The notes under the pieces: generated by a model | The model's input: the letters and a program-made list of their open reading frames with translations, nothing else | Told to the model about the DNA's origin: nothing | Database searches by the model: none | Source of the DNA: Sphagnum compactum | Lineage: Eukaryota | NCBI GenBank assembly: GCA_965153455.1 | Contig: OZ234493.1 | Span: 10,406,213 to 10,470,212 of the forward strand | Length of the DNA stretch: 64,000 nucleotides | Reading direction: 5' to 3' | Program-made: the position numbers and the translations under genes | Shown: positions 12,023 to 24,853 of the stretch, piece after piece | Position numbering within the stretch: the first letter of the stretch is position 1 | How the letters are laid out: every line of letters starts with the position of its first letter

Positions 12023-15000
12023 ATGGTATTATGGAACATGCACGAGGGTGGTGTAAATAAACTGGAAACAGGGGTGCAAATATTAGAGCTGTTTCAAGAT
12101 GCTGACCTTGTTTTATTAACCGAAACCTGGCACTTCCCAAGCCAACATTTGCCACATGTTGAAGGGTTTGACTCACTTGCGGTAGCGCGCACTATGTAGT
12201 TAGGAAGAACAAAAGCGATAAAACATAGCGGGGGGGTTGTTGCTTACTTTCGCAACCACCTTAGCCCAAACCTATCACAATGGAAGGAAGGAAGCCACGA
12301 TTCTTATCTATGGCTATGGGTCAGCAGGGGTGCTGCCCCTGACTTGTTTGTCTGCGTGGTGTATGCTGCCCCTGTTGGCTCCAAACACGAGAGCGAATCT
12401 TTGTTCCAAAACCTAGTAGCAGATATTGCTGAAGTTCAAACTCTAGGGGGCATAGTACTATTGGGAAGGGATTTTAATGCACGTACTGCAGCATTACCAG
12501 ATACCATTGACACTAATGACCTTTGTGAACTATTATAGGCGCCTGAGCTCGCTAAGACTGAGTAACCAAGCGTTGTGGCTAAGCAATAGAACCGCAACGC
12601 CAGTGTTGGCGGCTGGGGCCACGAGCTCCTGGACCTATGTTGTGACGCTAGGTTGTTCATTTTCAATGGCCGGACACCTGATGACGAATCAAGGGAATTC
12701 ACTTGCTTGGCAAATGGGGGGCGTAACACTGTCGATTATATTATTGGCTCACCTGCAATTTGGCAAGTTGCTACACACCTCGAGGTGATAACAGATGACA
12801 CCCATTACTGCGCGATGGGGGGAGACTCTGACCACAGATCGTTACGCCTACGATTGAACATCGATTGTAGCTTTGTTGAGCCACAACATACAGTTGTAAC
12901 AAAAAAATTCTTACCTAGGTTCAAATATGATAAATCAAAAGCTGAAGTGTATCAGCTTACCCTAACAACGAGTCTTGGAAACCTATGGGTTGTTGACTCA
13001 ATTGGGCATCTGGGGGCAGACGGGTTAGCTGACCTACTGTAGTAGTGCGTGGGTGTTGCAACAGAATCTACTTTTGGCAGCAAGCCTTCGAGAGGAAACT
13101 ACAGAGAGAAACACTGCCATAAACCCTGGTTTGACGTTGATTGTCGTATAGCGAAGCGTGAACTGAGGCTTTGGCTGAAAGCCAACCCCGATTCGCACGT
13201 CGCTAAACATCAAGAAAGTAAATTTAAAAATTTATTCAAAAGGAAATTTTTTTTTTGAGAAACTACAAGAGCTCAACATATGTGTACGCTTACCAAGGTG
13301 GAATGCACTTTCGTTCTAGAAAAAGTGCCGGCCGAGGGCACCTGTTGTGGACACAATTTGTGCAGCTACGCTTTTGGAAGGCTTCCGCAAGCTAGTTGGC
13401 TAGTCTCCGCCACCCATACGACTACGAATTGATCGCTCGGCCCAGGTGACGGAACCTCCACCTAGCCACACCCTGAACACAAATATCACACTTGCTAAGC
13501 TGCTTCAGGCGCTGAAAAAGCTACAAAGGAATAAGTTTGTTGGTTTGGATGGTATGAAAGTTGAGTTCATTTTGGATGCCGGAGAGCTGCTACACATGCC
13601 ACTATTGACAACGTTCAACTGCTTTCTAACGGAAAGCTTTCTAGAAGCCCTTTCTACTGGGGTGGTCCACGCGCTCTTTAAAGGGGGCGATGCCTCCGAA
13701 TTTGACAACTACAGGGGGATTACTATTGGGCCTACCCTAGCAAAGCTGTTCACCATGATCCTTGACAAAAGGCTGAACGAGTGGGCTGAACAACATGGGC
13801 TGCGTGCCAAGGGTCAAGTTGGGTTTCGCAAAGATTACCGCGCTACTAACCAACTCTTCATACTATGAACTCTAATAGAACAAAGCAAGGGAAAAAAGCA
13901 GCCACTCTATTGTTGCTTTATGCACTTCAAAAAGGCGTTTGATACTGTGCCGCGTGAAGTGCTGTGGGAGGTGTTGGCTAGCCTCGGGGTGGAAGGACGC
14001 TTCTTTTGATGCCTGCAGGCAATGTATGCTAAGGATACCATATGCACAACCACCCAAGCAAAGGTGTCACCTCCAGCTTCAAGTGTCAGCAAGGTCTGAA
14101 GCAAGGTTGCCCTCTCAGCCCCCTACTGTTTGGGCTATATTTGGATGGCCTAGAAGGGCGCTTGGACGGCAAAGAATGCGATGCACCCACCAGCCCTAGC
14201 AGACGTGCACGTATGGCTGTTGCTTTTTGCAGATGACCTTGCTCTGACGTCAGAGTCAGAGGTGGGACTACAGCAATAGTTAGACGCGCTCTAACAGTTC
14301 TGTGCTGAACGTGGACTTAGATTGAATGTGAAAAAAACAAAAATCATGGTGTTCAACTTTGCTAACCCATGCCAAGAGTTTGTGTTTGAAGGTGACACTA
14401 TTGAACGTGTGCAGACCTTCAAATACCTGGGGATCCTGCTCGTGACCACCCCGAACCTGGATAGTGCAGTGGAACATCTAGTAGCTGCCAATAGGCGTTC
14501 GTTGTTCGCACTTCACTGCCGCTGTGCGGAGCTACGTATTATGGACGTCCAATTATGCTATGACCTCTTCAACACGTTGGTGCGTTCCACAGCAAGTTAT
14601 GCCTGTGAGGTTTGGGTGGACTCCAAGAAAATAGAGGCTATTGAAGTAGTGTACCAAGGGTTCCTCAAGTCCTTACTCGGGGTGCGAAAAACAACCAGCA
14701 CGTCCATCGTGCTGGTAGAATTTGGCAAATTCCCCTTTGAACATTTTGCATGGGGACAAGCGTTATTGTACTATAACCGTGTGAGCACAATCACTAAAGA
14801 TCGCATCTTGGGAAGGCATGGGAAGCCCAGCTTGTTATGCTTGTTGCGAGAAAGAAATGTTGGGCTAGATCCATGAAAAATTGGCTACTCAAGAATCAAT
14901 CCCAGGAGGTGGCAGGTTTTTTGCCTCCGGTTCAACCATTGCTAGAAACGATGCCTAAGCTTGCAACGACCCATGCGCTCGAGGTGAGGACTGCTCAACC

Positions 15001-15720
15001 GCTGCTGGGAATGGCTCCTGGGACAACGCACATACATCCGACCTGTCTAGCAGAGGTGAGAGGCTGGGCGGAGAGCCAAGTACTTTGGTGCAACGCGCAC
15101 AATGTATGGGTGGGAGTTCAAATGGCTAAGCTGGCCGCGCTACAACTAGTGCAGCCGGTTGGTGCTAGATCTACGACAGGAGGCCCCATCAACCAGGAGG
15201 CTGGGGCCCCACCCCCTCCAGGTTTTCCTCACACAATATTGAGTGTAAAAAGGGTGAAAGATAATATGCGGCTGGCTTTCATTGAAAGCTCTTTACCAAC
15301 CATGAAATCAGGACCAGCGTGCAGATAAGATATTTGTGCTTCAAGGGTATGTCGTACGAGAGCGAAAACTACTTATGTGACATCAGCTGTGTTCAGCTGC
15401 GAAAAGCTCTGGCCTGGTTTTGGTGTGGCAACACGCAACTTGAAGTAGTGCTAGGTGCGTGGAAGGGCGTGCCATACGCAGAGAGGCTTTGTCGAGGCTA
15501 CGATTTGGGGAAGGTTGAGGATGAAGAGCATTTACTTCTTGTTTGTCCAAATACACAGAAAGTTAGGGAACGCTTTTGTTCGGCCCTGCCCTTCACCCAC
15601 ACTAGCACTCTTGTTGAACTCATGCAGACTACGAACACAGTCGCCCTGGTTTGTGGCATGCTGCCAGTGCCAGAGGACAATATATCCTCCATGATCTACC
15701 TTTCGTCTAATGGACTCTCT
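12023..15720 (+). pseudogene. LINE ORF2 (endonuclease-reverse transcriptase) with many stops and frameshifts
   Basis: ORF fragments at 12344, 12653, 13049, 13446, 14042, 14322, 14837 and 15319 tile a single APE-RT-CCHC protein. Confidence 0.9.
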
Positions 15721-16708
15721 GGTCCCAAATGGACGTAAAATTGTAAACAGTAAACAAACCCAAGTGATGAGATTTAAATAGTCACACTTGATACAATTAA
15801 TTTTTTCCATTTTATGGGTGAAGAAGGGAGAATGATAAACATTGTATTAATTTAATGTACATGCCATTTTACTATTGGGTGGTGGAGATGTTTTCAACCT
15901 TTTTTTTAAAATGAAAACTAAATTACCCTAATCACACCTTGTGAACCCTTTAAACTTGCACGATATCTTTGATTTTGCAGTCATGGTTATGAGGCATTGG
16001 ACATTTATTAAAACTATTTGAAATTTGAAATCTCTCATTTTACTGTCAGATTCATAAATGTGAGAATAACCAAAGGTTAGTTAATAGGTCGCCAATAGTT
16101 TCAACTTGTACTCACCTTATCACAAATGTTCCTTAACATAACACATTATAATTCTCTACAAAGACAACCAAAATGAGGACCAAAGAAAAAAATTGTTGCA
16201 AAAAAAATACATTGCTACAAAATGACAAGTCAAACTCCTTTTTACCCCCAAAATTGGTGGAATTATAAGATTCATCTTGCATCCCTAACTTTTTTTTAGG
16301 CATTTTTCACTATTGTGACTAACTACTCAAAAAAGTTTTCAAATCATGTGCAATAAATATTACTTGGTACTTAGTTTTAATATTTCATATTGACTTTCAC
16401 TAAAATTTATTCACTTTAAAGATATTCAACAACTCAATTGAAATTGGAGATTAAAGGTGAAATTAAAGTCCAAATGAAGGACCACTTTAAGGATAATTTT
16501 ATTGCATGAGAACCAAAATACCCATGACCAATATATTGTCACATCAAAATAACCACTCAAAAGTTGTTGTGATTTCTTCTCAATTTTCTGATTTCATAAA
16601 ATTGGCAACTTTTTGGTGAAGAAACAATTTTTTCCAACTTTTTTTTCTAGAACTGCAAAATATTGAAGATTTGCAACCAAAGAAATCCCCTCCCTACTAA
16701 AACCAGTA

Positions 16709-17154
16709 TCCATCTATCAAGGAAGGCAGTTTGTTTTCTTTCTCATATTGAAGTCCCCCAAACCACATCACCATACATTTTGTTCTTGGTACAATTGGAA
16801 AACCTTCAATAATAAGGGGGTGGTTTTGTAATGTTTAGACCTATTGCATATGAGTTACTAAATTTGAATAATTTTTCATTGAAAATTCAACAAAATCAAT
16901 GGAAATAGGGTGCATTCTTGGTACTTTTGTAAAGCCCTCAATGAATATAGTTGCATGGAGATAACTTCATAATGTCTAGACCTAAAACATGGGAGATGTA
17001 AAAATTTGAGAAATTTTTGTCATTAATAATTCAGTAAAAACCAATTATTAAAATATTGAATGGAAATTGGATTTCCACCTTAAGTTAAAGAAGATTTGCT
17101 TTTTCAAATTCATCCAATATCATCATATGTGTTCAATGGGACAAACCACACTAG
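16709..17154 (+). mobile_element. Short non-autonomous Helitron-like element
   Basis: Starts A|TC at 16709 and ends ...GGGACAAACCACACTAG|T, a CTAG 3' end between A and T with no TSD. It has an internal degenerate duplication. Confidence 0.55.
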
Positions 17155-18114
17155 TCAATATTAATACCTCATTTATTAAACATGGATTCTCAATAGTAAA
17201 TTCATTTACCTTCTCAAGGTTGGTTTCGCGAGTTCAAAGTTCTTTATGGAAAATGTGTGCAAATAAAATGCATTCATGACTAGCACAATTTGCTAGTCTC
17301 TTGGAAACTCAAAAGCAATTGATTAACTTCCATGTTATCCCATTGTAATCAAAAAATGAAAGGGACCAAGTATAGTCATAATATAATGACCCATGAAAAG
17401 TGTAACACTTGTTTAGTTTTTCACATTTTTAAATGATAAGTCAAGTTTACATTGAAATTGTTTGGTGCATTTAAGTATTTTTTATATATTTTTTCAAAAA
17501 TTCATAATTTCTTCAAATTGAATCCAAATTCAACATTTCAATTGCTCATTTTGTAGCCCTTAGAAACTAAGCCATATCGTGTGCCTCAATCAAAGTTGAT
17601 TTCATATTTTAAATTGTTAAAAAACAAGTAAAGCTTGGTAGATAATTTTGGTATTTAAGCAAATATCTCAATAGGTTTTTTGATCAAAAACATTTGTAGA
17701 GATTTTTTTATAACTACTTTCTATAGTTATTTATGCAACCATTCTAAAATATGATCAAGATTGTCTTTTTAACAATATTTTTAATATACCTTTACATAAT
17801 AATATGGTATAACACTTTTTTGAGGCATTATTTTTTCTATCTATTTAGTGCATTCTTTGTTGTTGTCAGTACCCATGTCCTGAGTAGTGCAAAAAAAGCA
17901 CTTTTCTATCAAATTTCTGCTCCGGGTGTAGGAGCTTTTTGTGCTGTGGGTGGAGATGGTCTTACAAGAGACCTTCTCCCAACCTTACATATGGCACAAG
18001 TTTTTATTGCAAGCAGGACAAGAGTACTCCTACTTCTTTTTTTCCCTTGTGTATCTTTTTTGTCAAAAAAGATGGAATGATGCCCAAACACACTTTGAAA
18101 CCATGTTATGCAAG

Positions 18115-18400
18115 TTTTGAGGTTATAATAGCATATTAGCCATTACAACCCCAAAACCTGCACAAAGTGTTTATCGAGAGCACCAAGATGTGTCTGTACG
18201 ACTCTAGACACATGTGGATTGGCAAAAGGGTAGTCAGGGGGGAAAAACAAATTTTGAGGTTATAATAGCATATTAGCCATTACAACCCCAAAACCTGCAT
18301 AATAAGGCACAAAGTGTGTATCGAGAGCACCAAGATGTGTGTCTGTACAACTCTAGACACATCTTGGATTGGCAAAAGGGTAGTCAGGGGGAAAAACAAA
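18115..18400. repeat. Tandem direct duplication (about 137-149 bp x2)
   Basis: Units start at 18115 and 18252 and are near-identical. Each begins with an imperfect 18-bp-arm inverted repeat. Confidence 0.9.
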
Positions 18401-21400
18401 AAAACAGATAATACTTTTGTACTGCCTCCAATAACAAGTATGTGAACATATAATGTTGGGGCCTCCCCTCCCCATAGAAAAGATTATTCTGTTTTTGCAT
18501 GGGAATTTCATGCATCTTTGCATGTGTGGTATTTAAATTCCACTTCTGGAGGGTAAAGCCTGATTGAGGCCGTGGGTCTTTACCAATTAAATAAGTGAGG
18601 TGAAGGTGAGCACAGGCCCAATTCTGGTGAAGCTTCTGGCTGAGGGCTCCATTGAGCATCAAGACTTGCTCCAATTTTTTACCTATTTTATCTCCCATGA
18701 TACCCAGTGTGTATCATGGAAAAAACTGCGGGGTTTTCAAAACAGCATTCCATTGTTTGAAACACCATGCAAACAACAGAGTTAAAAAATGTTGGGTCAG
18801 GTGCCCACGGATTACACTAAAAAAATGAGAACAGGTTGTTATGTTCACAAAACAGTGTACACTTTCCAACTAAAAACAGACATATTTATCATTCATACCT
18901 CTTTCTCAATAGATAGGTAAGAACAATAGACAGGTAGGGTGTTCTTAGGAAGGGATATTAGTCCAGGCCAAAAATAGTGGCAGCCAATTTTAGGAATAGA
19001 ATTTCCATCCAACAAATGAGAAGTCACATCATCGATCGAAGGGGCCTCCCTTTTTATCTTGTGGGTGGGGAGGATGGGGGGTTTTTTTTTTCAAGGTTGG
19101 TGCAGAGAGTGGACTGTCCACTGTTCACTTTCCACTTGGACAGTCGAATTTCCATGCAAGTTTTTAAAATTATTATTATTATTGGTTTTGGTTTTTTGGG
19201 GGGAGGAGGTCAAAGCAAAAAAAATTGAACTTGCAAGGCACCTCATCTAATGAATAGGAGAGGTGAATAAGTGTATACATGTATACTTCAAAATTTTCCA
19301 TAGAAACCATTCTGGTAATGGTTTAGGGTCCACACTTTTTATCACATACTTATACCGTATTGCAGATGATAATCATCAATTTTGGTGTATATGAGTATTC
19401 AGTTGCATCTGCCATGTATCTACTAATAAGGGTTTGGGGAAGTTCTGCCATGACCAAGATCTGGCAAGGTGCCCCAAAACTTTTTCCAAATTAGGGCTGA
19501 AACCCATTCTAATCTCCACACAATATCCCTTATTTGGATGTCTACAAGTGAGTAAGTAGTTCACTCCACATCCACCGTAAAAGTGTTCATTATTTCCCCA
19601 ACCTCAACAATAAACATGAAAAATTGGACAGTATAAATTGAGAAACCACTTAAAAGTCATCACCTGGGCTGATTTAAAGACTCATCAATCAACAGAAATC
19701 ATTTGCATTTTTGGGCTCAATGTATCATATTCACAAGACAATATTTAGTGTCAACATATTAACTTCATCCAAAATAGTGTGCATCTGCCACTGTATTCCT
19801 CTCAGTGGACATGCAAAAGCCTTTGTAGTACTCATTAAAAAATACATCATAGCTACCCAAGGTAGCCTTGTGATTAAACAATTGGTGTCCATTTAGGTAC
19901 TAAAGGTTAGGGCCCAGGGGTCAAATTACTTTTATCCTTGATCAGTTTATGGATCATGCTATTGAGGTTGAAACATAGGACTGTTGTTAACTGTACAATG
20001 GCCCACACGTGTTTTGAAATGCATATTGCCTAAAATTTAGGTAGATGCGCCTCCAAAGATTTGTTGAACTGCGTTAAAGCCACCTTATGGAAATGAATAA
20101 ACAAGTTGTTCTTAACACATTTTGGAACAAAAAATTGCTTCAAAACTTGTGAAATTTGGAGTCATGTCCATTTCCAATGCTGAACCAGCAATGTTCCTAT
20201 GCTACTCCAATGATGTGTTGTGTTGTTTACCCATTGATAGATGTAGCAATGTGCGGTCTAGAGTAGATTATGGACAGACTAAAAGTTGAATAACTTTATC
20301 ATAAGTTGGTGAGATACATCAGATTACCGTGTGGGTGTTAGACAGCAAAATGAAGCCATGGAAGATGCATGATCCCAAGGTCCCTGATTCATCAAAGTAC
20401 TTTACATTCTTTCTGGATTTTGTAATCACATAGTTGGTTTTTTAACATAGGCTGAAATTTCATTCCCAGTTATGCGTCTGATGTCCTATTATGCCAGAAC
20501 TGGCCGTTCTCACCCCCTAATTGCCTGACTTTACAGATAACTTTATTGCTTTGGTTTTAACGACTATCACAAACTAGCGGGTAGAACATACAACAATGAT
20601 GGACAGGGCGAATGAGCACCCACACTGGCACGTTCTTGAGTGACACCACTATGTGGCCATATTAAACCCAAGTAAGGTTAGATTTGCACTCAGAGACCCT
20701 GGTTTAATCTATGCACACTGTATGGGATATTTAGAATATTAGAAGCAATTTAAATGTATTTTGGAGTTCCTACCATGGTATCAATAGCACATGTTTTGGC
20801 CAAAAGTTTGGTAAGGCATGTGACTACATTGAGAGGGATCTTATGATAGTTATGATTAAGGGGTCCAGAACACAATCATAACACCATCCCAACCCACACC
20901 CGCTATTTGAGCTATCTATATTGATAATATAAGACCCGTATCTTATTTTTAGGCATGGGAAGAGTGACATATTATTATGGTAAGGTTACTTGTTATTTTA
21001 TTTAAGACTTTGATTTTCTTCCCACATTCTTGTCATAAAATCCTGGGTGCAAGACAACATTCAGAGATTCAACAATGTTATTTACTGAAAGATAGCATAG
21101 TGCCTAGGCCAGTTTGACATTAATTAAATTATTTGCAAAATTTTCAAAAATTTGGATAAATTGGATAGCTATCTTGAAACTTTTTTTAAATAAAAAAATA
21201 TTTTGTTCTTTCAATTTGTTCTTTCTTCCCCCATTCAATGGGTTTTGTTTATTGCTTTCATAAAAAACTCAAGTGATTGTTTCATATGTGTACATGAGAA
21301 AGTTGACAGCTTAATAAGAAAATAATAATGACTTATAAAAGTAGACTATTTAACTCTCTTTAACTTCATGGAAATGCAATTGACACCACTTCTAGTTACA

Positions 21401-22032
21401 ACCTTTATTGGTATGCTAATTAATAGCTCAACCTTTGTGAAATATAAAAATAATTTAAAATTGAGTGCGAAATTGATTTTTAAAAAAATTAATTAAATAT
21501 TCTACAATGGGCTGGCCCAATGTCTATGGTAGTCCATATAAATGGACCTTTGTTTAGTTTGTACTTCCACAAATTTTAATGTTCATTTGGATAATCCCAG
21601 ACTTACCCTAATGCCTAACATTATCCTTTATTATATATGAAATAAATAAGAAGATGTGCCGGGCCACCTCCCAATCTCCCCATGTGTTCTTTTAATATGG
21701 GCAGAACATACTCCTTGGCATGTGATGTGGAACGATTTGAGGTATGGCTTGGTGTATCCTGAAAATTGGTATAATGATAGATGGGGTGACTGCATGTTTG
21801 CAGATGAGGATCAATTGGTAGATTTTCAAGGTTGAGTAGAGTTATCCATAAAGTCACCCTTGTTTTCACCCTGTCTTTGGGCCTGCTTTCACCCCCTATC
21901 CCCTCTTTCAATGGTATCCTCAAAGAAAGGAAAATATATTAAATCTCAGTATGAAATGCTGATTAATGCACAAGGTTCGAGAGTAATTATAGTCGTTGTA
22001 CAGGTCGCTGCAATGAAAATACATCCCTGACT

Positions 22033-22392
22033 TTATTTCAGCAACAAGTCATGAATGCGTCGCTCTCTTCAAGGCAACTTTGCATGGGCAGCGGAGCAAA
22101 CCGACACGAAAACATATCATGTTTCGATGGCGGTCTAACACTTGTTTCGGCCGGTCAAAAACCATGCACCACGAGAAATGAACCTTGAAACTTGAACCTC
22201 GAAACCTACCACCCACTGAAACACATCAAGTTTCAGCAAACGGCTCGACACACGTTTCGATGCCTGGGCAACCCAAGCCCTTGAAACATGTAACTTTTTG
22301 AGAGCTATGTTTCAGCCCCATGCGCCCATTTTCCATGTTCCCCCATGTGATCCCCATCCATGCCCCATGACCCATCCATGAAGCTTTAAACC
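22033..22392 (+). repeat. Terminal segment of dispersed repeat family (copy A)
   Basis: Aligns by eye to 41685-42084, from TTATTTCAG.RACAAGTCATRAATGC to CCCCATCCATGCCCCATGACCCAT.CATGAAGCTTTA. Confidence 0.85.
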
Positions 22393-23204
22393 TTTTTCAA
22401 CTTTCTCATCGTTTAACTTTTGTTAGACCAAAGCTACCTTGAATTATGTTGGTGCATTAGCAATTAATGGCACCATAAGCAAGACAAAGCTCTAATTGCA
22501 AAATACCAACTCTCATTAACCCACTACAATTAATTACATGCATCCATGTTTAATAATACCATATTCAATGGACAATCATACATGCCCTAATCATTAATTT
22601 GGCTTTACAATAATAGATGTGGTATGATCCACATGTGGGGAAAACTTGGGTGCTCAAGATAATTGTCCTTCTCCATCCATAATTGTTGGAAATAATGGCC
22701 CTTACAAGTTAAATAGGCCCAAAGAAGCTATGTGTTGAATTATTCACCAACTAACTATGGGAGAATAATTGCCACCTAAAATAACTACCAAATTTTGTCA
22801 ATTTCGAAATTTGTAGCTTCAAGTAAATATACATCCATAAGTTTAAGTAAGTAAAAACATCCATAAAAAATTGGGTCTATCAAATTTTTAGACACTATAG
22901 AAGCCTTGGGCTAAAACCTCGGATTTCGTAAAACAAAACAAATCAAAATTCAAATCCGTGCACACAACAAAACAAAAAGAACCCAAATAAAAAACACCCT
23001 AAGTATGCATCCTTGCATGACACAATTGCACATCAATGTTTGTGTGGTTACAATCACAAAACCAAGAAACTTGCAAACAACACAAAAACAAAGAAATTAA
23101 AAACACCATAGGTTGCACCAGAAAAAAAATTCCATGGTGTAAAAAAATTAGTGATATAAAAGCAATTACAATGCCAGAACATTTTTAATGTAGAAGAACT
23201 TACA

Positions 23205-23782
23205 ATTGAACAAAAGCCATGGAGATCACATGATGGAACACAAACGCAACTACAACATTAAAGCCACAAAGATAAACCAATAGCACAAGCATATGGGGTG
23301 GTAAAAAACATTGAATGGTAGGAAACAATGTGTGATGAAACATCACTCACAATGAAAAAGTACACAAATCGCGCCAACACTACTACTACATGACCAAGAA
23401 CCATTACTAACAACACCTCAATGTGCAAGGGACCAACAATAGTTAAAAACCTCCAAAACCTAAGGAATCAACAATAACAAAATGCAAAAAAAAAAAATCA
23501 TTGAACAAAAGCCATGGAGATTGCATGATGAATCACAAACACAACTACAACACTAAACCCACAAAGATAAACCCACAACACAAGCACATAAGGTGGGAAT
23601 AAACATTGGATGGTAGGAAACAATGTATGATGAAGCACCATCCGCAACGACATAATACACAAATCACGCCAACACCAACACTTCATGACCAAGAACCACT
23701 ATCAATAGCACCTTAATGTGCAAGGAACCAACAACAATTAAAAACCTCCAAAACCTAAGGAAGTAACAATAATAAAAATGCA
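23205..23782. repeat. Tandem duplication, about 295-bp period x2 (AC-rich)
   Basis: ATTGAACAAAAGCCATGGAGAT occurs at 23205 and 23500, with colinear downstream sequence to AAAAACCTCCAAAACCTAAGGAA. Confidence 0.85.
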
Positions 23783-24439
23783 CATGTAACCAAAATGAAA
23801 TGAAAAAACCCAAATGACTTAGCACCATAAAAACTCACAAAGAAACAACATAAAAAACCCTTTGAAGCATGATGAAGCAACAACAACAGTGCGTACAACC
23901 AAAAAGAGAAACAAAGCAATGAGAGAGAAAAAAAGTTTCAAAATAGAAAGACAATGTAACTAACATAAAAAATGAGCAAACTCGAGTAGCTTCCAAACTC
24001 AAGTCACTTGCATCATGGGATCCATTTTGTAAAAAAAAACAAACATCGTGCGATCCACTTTCGGTAAAAGTTGCAATGCATCATACTTCTTATTTTCCAA
24101 GAAACAATGTGAGCCATGGGATGATCAAATCAAAAACATGTCCAATGGTGGAAACATGACAACAAATAATCACCATTGGATCTTTGATATGAAAAAAGTG
24201 GATGGCGTTTTATGCAAGGATTTCAAATCCGAACCATCCCAGACACATGCCCTTCTTTTATAACAAATTACTCAAATTATGAAGCTATGTTTTGGGTTGG
24301 AATTTGGTCTTTTTCTTCCCATTCCAAGATTTTTGGCTCACCCAAATTCCTCAAGGGCACATTACCCAACACAATAGGTAGCTTGTCTTTGACATGCATG
24401 GAAATGTTGCTTCCACACACCATCCGAAGATGTAGGTAC

Positions 24440-24747
24440 CAATGTTGACTGGTTATTACTTTTTTCTAATAATTGTGAGTAGGTTTTTTTGAATTTTTTT
24501 GGGATCATACAGGTTATCGATATCAAAAAGTTAAGTGTTTGATAGATTATAAAAAATTAGGATACATAGGGTTTTTGATAATCAAATAACCAATTAATAG
24601 CTATTGGTTAAATTGTTTATACATTGATTATGGGGCTATTATTATTATTATTTAAAGATTGATAACCTATGTAGATGATAATTAGGTCATCCATGTTAGA
24701 TTTTGAATATTGAGTGATTATCAAAACTCAATAACCAACTAACACTA
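24440..24747. mobile_element. hAT-type MITE
   Basis: Imperfect TIRs CAATGTTGACTGGTTATT / AATAACCAACTAACACTA; 8-bp TSD GTAGGTAC (24432-24439) / GTAGGTAT (24748-24755). Confidence 0.8.
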
Positions 24748-24853
24748 GTAGGTATCATGCCAAACATTATCACTAGATTTTTTTGGGTCTCCAAGAATAG
24801 GTCCCTTTTGGCCTTGGGTGAGCCAACACACACATTGGTACCATGGTAAAGAC

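Larger units (their letters stand above)
11144..15752 (+). mobile_element. Non-LTR retrotransposon (LINE, APE-RT-CCHC, RTEX-like), near full-length, ORF2 decayed
   Basis: ORF1 is followed by ORF2 with APE motifs (LWN, LTETW, GRDFNA, TVDY, SDH), RT motifs (GFRK, FKKAFDTV, KQGCPLSPLLF, FADDL, FKYLG) and a C-terminal ERLC..(C)DLGKVEDEEHLLLVCP. The 3' end GTAAACAGTA is shared with the second copy. Confidence 0.92.

Noticed and set aside
11100..15780. Target-site duplications for the LINE copies
   Set aside because: No convincing direct repeat flanks either copy, so the exact 5' ends remain uncertain.
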